This document shows, in pieces, positions 52,586 through 64,000 of a stretch of DNA of 64,000 nucleotides. Every line of letters starts with the position of its first letter. The first letter of the stretch is position 1. Made by a program: the position numbers and the translations under genes. The notes under the pieces are model-generated. The model had not been told where the DNA came from and did not search any database. It saw nothing but the letters and a program-made list of their open reading frames with translations. The DNA comes from the human T2T-CHM13v2.0 reference genome, Homo sapiens: NCBI RefSeq assembly GCF_009914755.1, contig NC_060942.1; one strand, given 5' to 3'.

Positions 52586-54854
52586 TGATATGGTTTGGCT
52601 GTGTCCCCACCCAAATCTCAACTTGAATTGTATCTCCCAGAACTCCCTTGTGGTTGTGGGAGGGACCTGGAGGGGAGGTAATTGAATTATGGGGGCTGGT
52701 CTTTCCCATGCTATTCTTGTGGTAGTGAATAAGCCTCACAAAATCTTATGGCTTTATCAGGGATTTCTGCTTTTGCTTCTTCCTCATTTTCTCTTGCTGC
52801 TGCCATGTAAGAAGTGTCTTTCACCTCCCACCATGATTCTGAGGCCTCCCAAGCTATGTGGAACTGTAAGTTTCTCTTCCCAGTCTTGGGTATATCTTTA
52901 CCAGCAGCATGAAAATGGACTAATACAGTAAATTGGTACCAGTAGAGTGGGGCGTTGCTGAAAAGATACCCGAAAATGTAGAAGTGACTTTGGAACTGGG
53001 TAACAGGCAGAGGCTGGAACACTTTGGAGGGCTGAAAAGAAGACAGGAAAATGTGGAAAAGTTTGGAACTTCCTAGAGAATTGTTGATTGGCTTTGACAA
53101 AAATGCTGATAGCGATATGAAAAATAAGGTCCAGGCTGAGGTGGTCTCAGATGGAGATGAAGAACTTGTTGGGAACTAAAGCAAAGGCAATTCTTGTTGT
53201 TTTAGCAAAGATACTGGCAGCATTTTGCCCCGGCCTTAGTGATTTATGGAACTTTGAACTTGAGAGAGAGATGATTTAGGGTATCTGGTGAAAGAAATTT
53301 CTAAGCAGCAAAGCATTCAAAAGGTGACTTGGGTGCTGTTAAAATCGTTCCATTTTAAAAGGGAAACAGCATAAACGTTTAGAAAATTTGCATCTCGCCA
53401 ATGCAGTACAAAATAAAAACCCATTTTTTTGAGGAGAAATTCAAGCCAGCTGCAGAAATTTGCATAAGTAGCAAGGAGCCTAATCTTAATCCCCAACACC
53501 ATGGGGAAAATGTCTCCAGGCCATGTCAGAGACTTTCACAGCAGCCCCTCTCATCACAGGGCTGGAGGCCCAGGAGGAAAACGTGGATTTGTGGGCTGGG
53601 CCCAGGGTCCCCATGCAGTGTGCATCCTAAGGACTTGGTGTCCTGTGTCCCAGCTGCTCCAGCCATGGCTGAAAGGGGCCAACAGAGAGCTCCAGCTGTG
53701 GCTTCAGAGAGTGGAAACCCCAAGCCTTGGCAGCTTCCATGTGGTGTTGAGCATGCGGGTGTACAGAAATCAAGAATTTAGGTTTGAGAACCCCCAAGCA
53801 GATTTCAGAAGATATATGGAAATGCCTGGTTGTCCAGGCAAAAGTTTGCTACACGGGCAGGGCCCTCATGGAGAACCTCTGCTAGGGCAGTATGGAAGGG
53901 AAATGTGGGTTCAGAGCCCCCCACACAGAGTCACTACTGGAGCACTGTCTAGTGGAGCTGTGAGAAGATGGCCACTATCCTCCAGACCCCAGAATGGTAG
54001 ATCCACTGACAGCTTCCACCGTGTACCTGGAAAAGCCTCAGACACTCAATGCCAGCCCATGAAGGCAGCCAGGAGGGAGTTTGTACCCTGCAAAGTCACA
54101 GGGGCAGAGCTGCCCAAGACCATAGGGACCCACCTTTTGCATCAGCGTGACTTGGATGTGAGAAGTGGAGTCAAAAGAGATTATTTTGGAGCTTAAAAAT
54201 TTGACTGCCTCACTGGATTTCAGACTTGCATGGGCCCTGTAGCCCCTTTGTTGTGGCCAATTTCTCCCATTTGGAATGGTTGTATTTACCCAATACCTGT
54301 ACCCCCATTGTATTTAGGAAGTAACTAGCTTGCTTTTGATTTTACAGGCTCATAGGTGGAAGGGACTTGCCTTGTCTCAGATGAGGCTTTGGACTGTGTA
54401 CTTTTGGGTTAATGCTGAAATAAGACTTTGGGGGACTGTCGGGAAAGCATGATTGGTTTTGAAATGTGAGGACATGAGATTTGGAGGGGCCAGGGGTGAA
54501 ATGATATGGTTTGGCTGTGTCCCCACACAAATCTCAACTTGAATTGTATCTTCCGGAATTCTTCTGTGTTGTGGGAGGGACCCATGGGGAGGTAATTAAA
54601 TCATGGGGGCCGGTCTTTCCCATATTATTCTCATGATAGTGAATAAGCCTCACAGATCTGATGGTTTTATCAGGGGTTTTTGCTTTTGCTTCCTTCTCAT
54701 TTTCTCTTGCCTCCACCATGTAAGAAGTGCCTTTCACCTCTCACCATGGTTCTCAGGCCTCCCCAGCCATGTGGAACTGTAAGTCCAATTAAACCTCTTT
54801 TTCTTCCCAGTCTCAAGTATGTCTTTATCAGCAGTGTGAAAATAGACTAATACA
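52586..54854 (+). mobile_element. Complete THE1A MaLR element: LTR 52586-52927, internal region, LTR 54502-54854
   Basis: Both LTRs run tgatatggtttggctgtgtcccc...gactaataca with THE1A-type ctcaacttgaattgtatct; perfect 5-bp TSD aaagg. Confidence 0.97.
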
Positions 54855-55987
54855 AAAGGGATGGTTTGCTTCTATAAATCAAAGAATGCAGAGGAGGCTC
54901 CCTAATCTCCTGGTAATGTGATCTATTTAGGTAATGGGTCTGGATGAATCTAATTTCAAATTAGTTTCTTTTTTATTCTCTTTTTTGCTTGTTTATTTTG
55001 ACTTACATGATCTGGTCTGGTGGGGTCCTGTCAATATGTAACTACAACTTTGGGAAATTGACCTGTTATCTTGAAGCCCTTGTTTCCTTCTCTTTAAATG
55101 AAGGTGCTACATTACATAATGTCTAAAATCTCTGGAAACTAAGTAATTTTTATCAGAATCTTACTGGAAACGTATTAATTAAAAGGCTGGTACTATTTTC
55201 TGTGAATATCTAAAAGTAAAGTAGAAATAATCAGTTCTTACGTGAGTCTTAAAAACTCACATAAGAACTAAGTGAGCTTTGAGCTCTGAACCTAGAGAAA
55301 GGTTTCCCTCTCTGAAAACAGAGATAAAGGGTTAATCTGAGTGTTTGTAAATGGGTAAATTCCACTAAATTCCATTTTATGTATTTTTGTGAAATCACCT
55401 ACTTAATATTTTATGTAAAATGTGTGCATATTAATTATACACTATTACTGCAGTGAGCATCTAATGTTTCTGCTTACTCAATATTAATCACTTATTTTGC
55501 ACGTAACACCCACCCAATTTGCCTATATGGTACCATCCAACCACAACTCCAAGTGACTTTATTGAGACTGTCAAATCTTATGCCCCATTCTCTCAACAAA
55601 TGGGTTAATCTACGTTTGCTAATCCTACACATCATTCCTCTGACCTTAGTGACTGATATGGACTAGGTATTGACCTTCAGCTGCATCAATCAGAATCTTC
55701 TCTGAGGTTTGATAGATGAATTCTGAGGTAGGGAAAGGTCTTTTTTTCCATTTGGAAAATAGCACATAGAAAATAATCCCCAAACTCCCAGAGGTTGTAT
55801 TTTTAGCCATATTAGAATACTTGCTAGAGAATAAAATCATCATACTGAGGCGTCAGAGATGGGACATGGACAGAGGGAGAGCAAGAGAGAAAGAGAAAGG
55901 CAATGATCTGACCTGGATCTGGCTGTGCACACAGTCTGATTTACTGCCCTTGAACTGCCCTGATACATGAACCAATATAACGCCCTT

Positions 55988-56418
55988 TGTGGAAGATTAG
56001 ATTGCTGCTCAAAAGTACATTTTCCCCTTCTACCACCTCCGTGGGAGGGATACACTTTCCCTCTACTTTGATGCTGAGTTAATCCCTATGAATTTCTTTG
56101 ACAATAGGATGTTAACAAATGTGAGGTAAACAATGGTTTAAAAGATATTTGCTCCATTGGGTTTGTCCTCTGCTGCTTCTTTTATCACCATGAAAAGCAT
56201 TACTTATCCTTTCAGCCTGAGCTTCGTAATTTATATACATGAAACAGACGTAAGCCCAACCCACAGTAAGAAGCCAAGCTCAGCTATATCTGCAGCTTAA
56301 AGCTGAGCTGTTCAGCTGAGACCAGCTGACCCATACATTCTTGAATGAAAATAAATTATTGTTATTTTAAGCCATTGAGTTTTGGATGTGGTTTGATACA
56401 GACCAATAGCTGATATAT
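55988..56418 (+). mobile_element. MLT1 (I/J-like) LTR
   Basis: ctttgacaataggatgtt...ttcagcctgag...aataaattattgttattttaagccattgagttttgg. Confidence 0.75.
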
Positions 56419-57376
56419 GCCTTTTTAAAATGTAACCTAGTTTGAGTCAGGAATCAGTTGCTTGCTACTGAAAGAATTTTGACTAATATGCAAACTTTCA
56501 TTTTTTTGAAATAAACCTGTGAAATAATAGTTAGTCTGAGCTTTTATTAATGGGAAAATTCTAGGATCGATTTCACTTTGAAATTTTACCGGCAATAGAT
56601 AGGAAGAATGTAAGAAAAGCTGAGGAATAAAACCTGAGACCATATGAAGCTGAGAAAAGTAAGAACAAATGGGAGTAGTAATATCAAATGATGGAGAGTA
56701 GTCACAATAATTCCAGCTATTGTCTTCAAATTTCTAAAACTCACATTATTAACTTGCATAATGTTAGAAATGATCCAATTAATTTTTCATCCACCCTACC
56801 TATTCTCCACACACACACACACACATGCACACATCCACACGTTGTGGACCAATATATACGAAAAACAAGAATGAAATGTTAAAACCATTTTAAAAAACTA
56901 CTCAGGAGAAAAACTAGAATAACATTCAGGTCTGTAAAGCTCTTTTGGTCAAATAGAGTACTTTTGCCTTTATTTTATTTAATGCATCTTCCCAAAAGTC
57001 ATAATACTTAATTGCCACATAACCAAATAGACTGACTTTTGGTCCATGGAATTCAATTGTTAATTAAGATCAGTGAAATAACCAGCTTGACAGCAAAATT
57101 GTTTTAACAAGAGAAAGTGACAACCTCATTGATTTTTTTTGTGGCCAGCCTCTGCATAGTCAATATGATGCCCATAGAAAGTGCCATTTTTTAAATTCAT
57201 AAGTGTCCAGATCAAAAGGAACTATATCCAACCGTAACATAAGAGCCACTCCACATTCCCAAGAAATGCTGGACTTAGAGCTTGACTGTAAGGGACTTCA
57301 GGATGTTCTCTCCTGTGGAATAAAGACATGCAGGAAGAAAACTGCAAATGCATATTCAATGCTGGGAGAAATGATT

Positions 57377-57756
57377 TGTGGAACTAATTCATGCTGTTCA
57401 ACCAACATGTTTGCTATTGTTACTCTTCCTCCAAGAGCATGGAGAGGCTGCACTTTCTTGTATCCCTGAGTTTAGTTGAGGTTAGCTGACTTACACTGCC
57501 TAATCAAATGTTAACAGAAGTGATGCTACTTTCAGACAAAAGTCTTACAAATCTATATGCAACTTGCTACCTACCCGTACCCTAGAGATGATCAGCAGTG
57601 TTCAAAAGTGAAGTCTCTACTGGTGTCTGCCTGAGGATGACATGGGACAGAACACCCTACTGACCATAGGTGGAGGCATAGAATAAGCACCTTTTGAAGC
57701 CACTGCAATTGTGGGATTGTTTGCTATTGTAGTATAATTGAGCTCTGACTGACATA
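57377..57756 (+). mobile_element. Old MLT1-type LTR
   Basis: aaatgttaacagaagtgatg...gaagccactgcaattgtgggattgtttgcta...ctgactgacata. Confidence 0.6.
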
Positions 57757-58583
57757 AGGGATCTTAACACAGCAGCAGAAACAGCAATAATATGCGCTAG
57801 GATCTCAGGCATATTTTATAGTGAATTTCATCTCCTTTTCAGCTGTTGGTTCTTTTAAACATAATGAGAAGTTGACTAATGCTAACCCTTTTACATAGTC
57901 ACAGTAAACTTATTCCCTTTAGTTCTTCTCTTTAAAAATAAATTTCAACCTTTAATTACTTTGTGTGTGGGAGTGTGTGGATGAGAAGAGGTGACAGAAG
58001 ATGAGGTTTTATTAATTTTAGTTATTTCTGATGCTTTTCAGTATTACTGGTGTTTCTCCTTTGCCTCCTTCTTGGAGAGTAGTAAAAGAACATTACAAAA
58101 AGCAATCTCTCACACTTAAAAGAAAGCCTATGCCCTGTTTGGGCATTGCTGTCAAAACAAAAACAAAACCAAAACCAAAACCCATAAGCTGTGTCTCTCC
58201 AATAACTGTGAAATTCCTTTGCCCCTAGAGAGGGCTGCTTCATGTATCTTGGCCAAGTTATGCCTTTCTTTCTTTATAAATGCAGCCAGTGTGATCTCTA
58301 AAGAGATAAATGATGAATAAGGTGGAGGCTATTTATAGTCTGGCTAGGAAAAACAATTTCACTTAACAAGGATGGCAGTTAAAATAATTAATGTAGATCG
58401 AGTGGACATGTGAATAGAACAGCCTGTTGGAAAGTGATTAAATAGACAGCCTGATCCAGAAAGAAATATACCACTCAGATACTGGAGATCATTTCTCTCA
58501 GTGACTGGGACAGTTATTGGTTAGACGTTCACCCAAGCTTTTGAAGCACCAGGAAACACCTTTCTTGAATTCATTGAACGTAG

Positions 58584-59575
58584 TGATGCAAGATATTTTC
58601 TTGACCACTTCATGGGACTCAGGACAGGGGTGCCCCATTTACTCAGCCCACCCCACTCAACCTCTCCCAGGAGGGAGCACGCGAGCAAATGAGTGCAGGA
58701 ACCAGAGCAAACAATTGCAGGAACCGGCCAGCAGCTTCAGTGCCAGCAGGAGCAAACTCCACTCACTTGGGTCCGCCTTGATGCACCACTGGAGGGAGGG
58801 AGTGTGTAGGCGAGTGCAGGAACGGGGCTGGCAGCTTTAGCGACAGCAGGAGCAAACTCTGTGCAGGCCCCATGGCAGCATCCAGGTGTGGGTGGGTGCC
58901 TGTGATCCCAAGGCCCCAGAGGACTTGTTACATTGCCCTCTTAACTCTGTTGTCCACAGACACAGTGTGTTATCAGCTCAGTGGACCGTTTGCCTCATTG
59001 TGAGATGGCTGCCCTCTGCCAGCAAAGGCAAAAGGCCAGTGTGAAAGCCTTTTTGGGTACCTGCATTTGGTGCATCCCAAATTCTTGTCCGGTGCCCAAG
59101 AGGAATGAGGTCATGTGGATGAACTGAAGGATGGTGAATTCGGAGAATTTTGTTGAGTGATGAAATCAGCCCTCAGTGGAGAGGGGAGCTGGAAAGGGAA
59201 TGGGAAGGGCAGGTCACTCTCCCCTGAAGTCAAGCCACCTCTCTGCCTCTTTCTTCCGAAGTCAAGTTGCTTCATTCAGCTGCTATCTCAAAGTCACCTC
59301 GCCCCAATGTCCAGCTGCTTCTCCCCTCTGCCAGCTGAGTCTGGGTTCTTTATAGGCACAGTATGGGGGGCAGGGCAGGCCATAGGTGGTTTTGGAAAAG
59401 GCAACATTTAACCGGTAAAAAGACATTCAGAAAGAACCAATTGGGAAAGAGTGGGCACACAGGGTTGGAAGTTCTCACTTTGGACTGTGGATTCCAGGCT
59501 TTACGGCTTGAAGGTGGGTTTTGCCAGGGACCTGCCACTGTCTGCCGAGAATTTCTATGCCTCCTGTCACTATCA
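58584..59575 (-). mobile_element. ERV1-class solo LTR (LTR27/LTR28-like)
   Basis: TG...CA termini; reverse complement begins tgatagtgacaggaggca; 4-bp TSD gtag; exact subfamily uncertain. Confidence 0.8.
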
Positions 59576-59653
59576 GTAGAATGCACTCACATTGAACAAA
59601 ACAAGGGGGGTTTGTGTTTAGAATATCTCTCCTATTTAAATTGGTTTTCTGTC

Positions 59654-59957
<304 letters not shown>

Positions 59958-59990
59958 AGTTTTCCCATTTTAAATCTTCCTTTGTATTCA

Positions 59991-60256
<266 letters not shown>

Positions 60257-60831
60257 ATAGTAAGCATTCACACTTATGCCAAGTAGAAATTGTCCTTGAA
60301 GAGCATATGCTTAAAAGAAAATAGCACATCAGAGAACTAAAACTATGAGGTTAAGGTCTATATATGTCTAAATAGGACTTTAGAAGTAGGAGAGAGCAGC
60401 CCGTGCAGGTGAGGTTAGACAACAACTCATGAAAGAAACTAGGTCTTAAAGAACCAGCAGAATTCATAGGCAGAAGCAAAAGGTGGATTTCTCAACCCTG
60501 TTGACCAGCCTGGAAGTAAGGCAATGTAATTGAGAGGCCACTAAGATGACTTCCATTCAAAGAGAGGGTGGGAGATTTTCATGCTAACTCCAAAAGTGGA
60601 CATCCAAATTCAGGCACAAATCACAAAGCTGAATAGTGTGAAGAGTTTGGATAATTAGGTTTAGCCCACCAAAAGTGCAGTGAGTTTGGGTCACATACCT
60701 CCACTCTGGTTCAACTGAATGATAATGAAGTCACAACATCATGGCTACCTAAGACTAGGAAGTGCAAACCAAAACTAAAACTTTTTTTCCAATCTGGTCT
60801 TACTCATATCCACACATTCCTGTTATGAAAT

Positions 60832-62169
60832 TGAGAGGTGACAACATGCTAGCAGCCCTCTCTTGCTCTCAGCACCTCCTCAGGCCATGGCATCCACTCT
60901 GGCCATGCTTGAGGAGCCCTTCAGCCCACTGCTGCACTGTAGGAGCCCCTCTCTAGGCTGGCCGAGGCCAGAGCTGGCTCCCTCTGCTCACGGGGAGGTG
61001 TGGAGGGAGAGGCACAGGCAGGAACCAGGGTTGCGCATGGTGCTCATGGGCCAGCATGAGTTCCAGGTGGGTACGGGCTCGGGGGGCCCTGCACTCGGAG
61101 CGCCCTGGGCAGTGAGACACTTAGCACCTGGGCCAGCAGCTGTGGAAGGTGCACTGGGTCCCCCAGCACTGTCGAGCTGCCCGCACTGCACTCGAATTCT
61201 TGCTGGTTCTCAGACGCCTCCCCACTGGGCAGGGCTCCGGACCTGCAGCCCACCTTCCTCCCTGCACGGCCCCCCGGCCCCCGGCGTGGGTTCTGTGCAG
61301 CCTGAGCCTCCCCAACAGGCACTGCCCCCTGCTCCGTGGTGCCCGGTCCCAGGATGAGCTAGGCAAAGCCAGCTGGGCTCCTGAGTGGGGTGGGGACTTG
61401 GAGAACTTTTATGTCTAGCTAAAGAATTGTAAATGCACCAGTCAGCACTCTGTGTCTAGCTCAAGGTTTGTAAATGCACCAATCAGCACCCTGTGTCTAG
61501 CTCAAGGTTTATAAATGCACCAATCAATGCTCTGTTTCTAGCTAATCTAGTGGGGACTTGGAGAACTTTTGTGTCTGGCTAAAGGATTGTAAATACACCA
61601 ATCAGCACTCTGTGTCTGGCTCAGGGATTGTAAACGCACCAATCAGCACCTTGTCAAAACGGACCAATCAGCTTGCTGTAAAATGGACCAATCAGCAGGA
61701 TGTGGGTGGGGCCAGATAAGGGAATAAAAGCAGGCTGCCCTAGCTGGCAGCGGCAACCTGCTCGGGTCCCTTTCCCTGCTGTAGAAGCTTTGTTCTTTCG
61801 GTCTTTGCAGTAAATATTGCGGCTGGTCACTCTTTGGGTCCGTGCCGCCTTTAAGAGCTGTAACACTCACTGCGAAGGTCTGCAGCTTCACTCCTGAAGC
61901 CAGCAAGACCGCGAACCCACCAGAAGGAACGAACAACTCCAGAGGTGCCGCCTTTAAGAGCTGTAACACTCACTGTGAAGGTCTACAGCTTCACTCCTAA
62001 AGTCAGTGAGACCATGAACCCACCAGAAGAAAGGAACGCCAGACACATCTGAACATCTGAAGGAACAAACTCCGGACACACCATCTTTAAGAACTGTAAC
62101 ATCACCGTGAGGGTCCACGGCTTCATTCTTGAAGTCAGCGAGACCAAGAACCCACAAATTCCGGACACA
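60832..62169 (+). mobile_element. LTR12 (LTR12E-like) ERV9 solo LTR
   Basis: tgagaggtgacaac...aattccggacaca; about 41-bp CCAAT-containing U3 repeats; U5 repeats; 4-bp TSD aaat. Confidence 0.95.
61430..61730 (+). promoter_or_regulatory. LTR12 U3 enhancer/promoter (NF-Y boxes, GATA site, TATA-like box)
   Basis: CCAAT at 61479, 61520, 61598, 61639, 61664 and 61688; AGATAAG at 61714; AATAAAA at 61723. Confidence 0.75.
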
Positions 62170-62237
62170 AAATGAAAACACTACCTCAGAATTATTTCTT
62201 TTATAGCACTTGTAATTGTTATTCCTAATGATTCTCT

Positions 62238-62541
<304 letters not shown>

Positions 62542-62919
62542 AATTCTCTGTTTTTAGAAAGAAAAAAATAACGGACCTTGCAAAAAGTTGTATATGAGTT
62601 TCAGGGAGCATGGTAGCCACATGTTCTTTATTTCATGCTGGTCAGGTAGTTTGGCAAAGATGACATTCTTTGTTGATAAAGAATAGTCTTATTTAGACTT
62701 ATAAGTTCATTTTATATAGCACTATTTTATAAAGCACACAAACATTAAAAGAATGCAGAACCAAATGGCATTTAAAGAGCTTTGCAATCCTAGAATTCTA
62801 TGATTTTCTAATATGTGAATGACACTTGTCAAATAAGTATCAGTATAAACAAGTACAGCGTTCCCTGTAGATTCATGTCTGAAGAGGAAGAGAAATTCCA
62901 AGATGTGTTGTGGCATACC

Positions 62920-63115
62920 TGAATGAGAAAGGACATTAGACTCACAGACTGGGATTCAAACTCTCTCCCCACACTTAATGAACTCCCATGAGCAAGTTAC
63001 TTAAAATCTCTGCTTCAGCTTCAGCATCAACAAATGATATTTATTGTAACAGATTGTGGTGAGGTAAAGTGATATATACAAAGAACCTAGCAATACTAGA
63101 TGCTTTGTAAATATT
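62920..63115 (+). mobile_element. MIR
   Basis: ctgggattcaaactc...gagcaagttacttaaaatctctg...gattgtggtgagg. Confidence 0.7.
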
Positions 63116-64000
63116 ACCAGGCTCCCTGCTTAACCAACTCCAAAGAAGGAATTGAGCAACTGAGTGAGTGTCTTAAAAATAGAGGACATGGAGCTCATTA
63201 AGTTTCTGACTTCTCATAAACATTCATATCTGGATAGGTATTTGTCTCTGGTATGTCCCCCAAATTTCTGCATGTAGTAAGAATTATCAAATAACTTCTA
63301 GTAATGCCAAATTTTAGTTTTTAATTCTATTAAACATTTTTCATTTAAAGGGATTGCTGACTTACCTAAAGTCACAGAAAATAAATAAAATTTTATAGTA
63401 GAAAATAGGTTTCTTGACTTTTAGTTCCAAGCACTTTTTTTCAAATATAAATATGCATGGAGGAGTTTAAGGCAATTCCGTCTGAATCTATTCCTCCCTG
63501 TCTCCCTTTGCTGCATGCTTCAATAGGAGGCTGTCAAAAGTGGCCTTTCTCAGCCCTTCCCATGTGGCTCATGGTGGGTGCAGCTTGCTACAGTAAGAAA
63601 CTGTCTTCTTGATGCGAGGAGAATCAGAGGAGTTAACCAAGCCCAGCCTTAACAAGTGGAAACCCAAGACTCAACAGCCAAGGAGAGGAAATACAAGTCT
63701 AAACTGCCTGAGATGTAATTACAGTGAGGCATCCTGCACCTGGATTTCAGAGTTTGGTGAACATTGCATTGGATTTGATAGAGAACAGATTTGGAACAAA
63801 GAAGAGGGTAATGAAGTAACTGCAATAGTGGCCCCAAGTCCTTGCCTGGCTGTGTTAAACTGAATTAAAGACCACAGACCAGACAGACAAATGCAATTAT
63901 ACTCATTTTAGTAAAAATTAAGTAGGCTGTTCTTCTTAAACTAGATTTTCTGTCAATGAGAAAATGGAGGGTTTTTTTTTTTGTTGTTGTTGTTGTTTTG

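Noticed and set aside
53401-54196. 231 aa and 126 aa ORFs
   Set aside because: Lie inside the THE1 internal region; remnants or alternative frames of MaLR sequence, not a host gene.
61430-61700. Regularly spaced repeats superficially resembling a CRISPR array
   Set aside because: Tandem U3 repeats of LTR12 with no unique spacers, no cas genes and a eukaryotic context.
60762-62181. Multiple overlapping ORFs up to 164 aa
   Set aside because: Stop-poor GC-rich LTR12 sequence.

Overview
Gene-poor, AT-rich, CpG-depleted primate (very likely human/hominoid) intergenic or deep-intronic DNA. No credible protein-coding gene, RNA gene or CRISPR array was found, and the long ORFs in the track lie in repeats. 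The window is dominated by transposon relics, several with readable target-site duplications (TSDs): a hAT-Tip100 (Zaphod-like) element, an internally deleted L1MA, MER1A, MER20, Tigger2a, six Alus, MIR/L2 fragments, MLT1/MLT2 LTRs, an ERV-L relic with a decayed dUTPase, MER11, LTR27/28-like and LTR12 solo LTRs, and a complete THE1A element. Family names come from recalled consensus sequences, not a database search. The most unusual structures are a nested inverted duplication at 14.7-15.3 kb, smaller fold-back palindromes at 1.6 and 8.6 kb, a collapsed Alu head-to-head with a neighbour, a THE1A whose 5' LTR lacks the poly(A) signal, candidate minus-strand non-coding exons, and a recursive-splice-like motif. 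I cannot support a claim of a new biological system.
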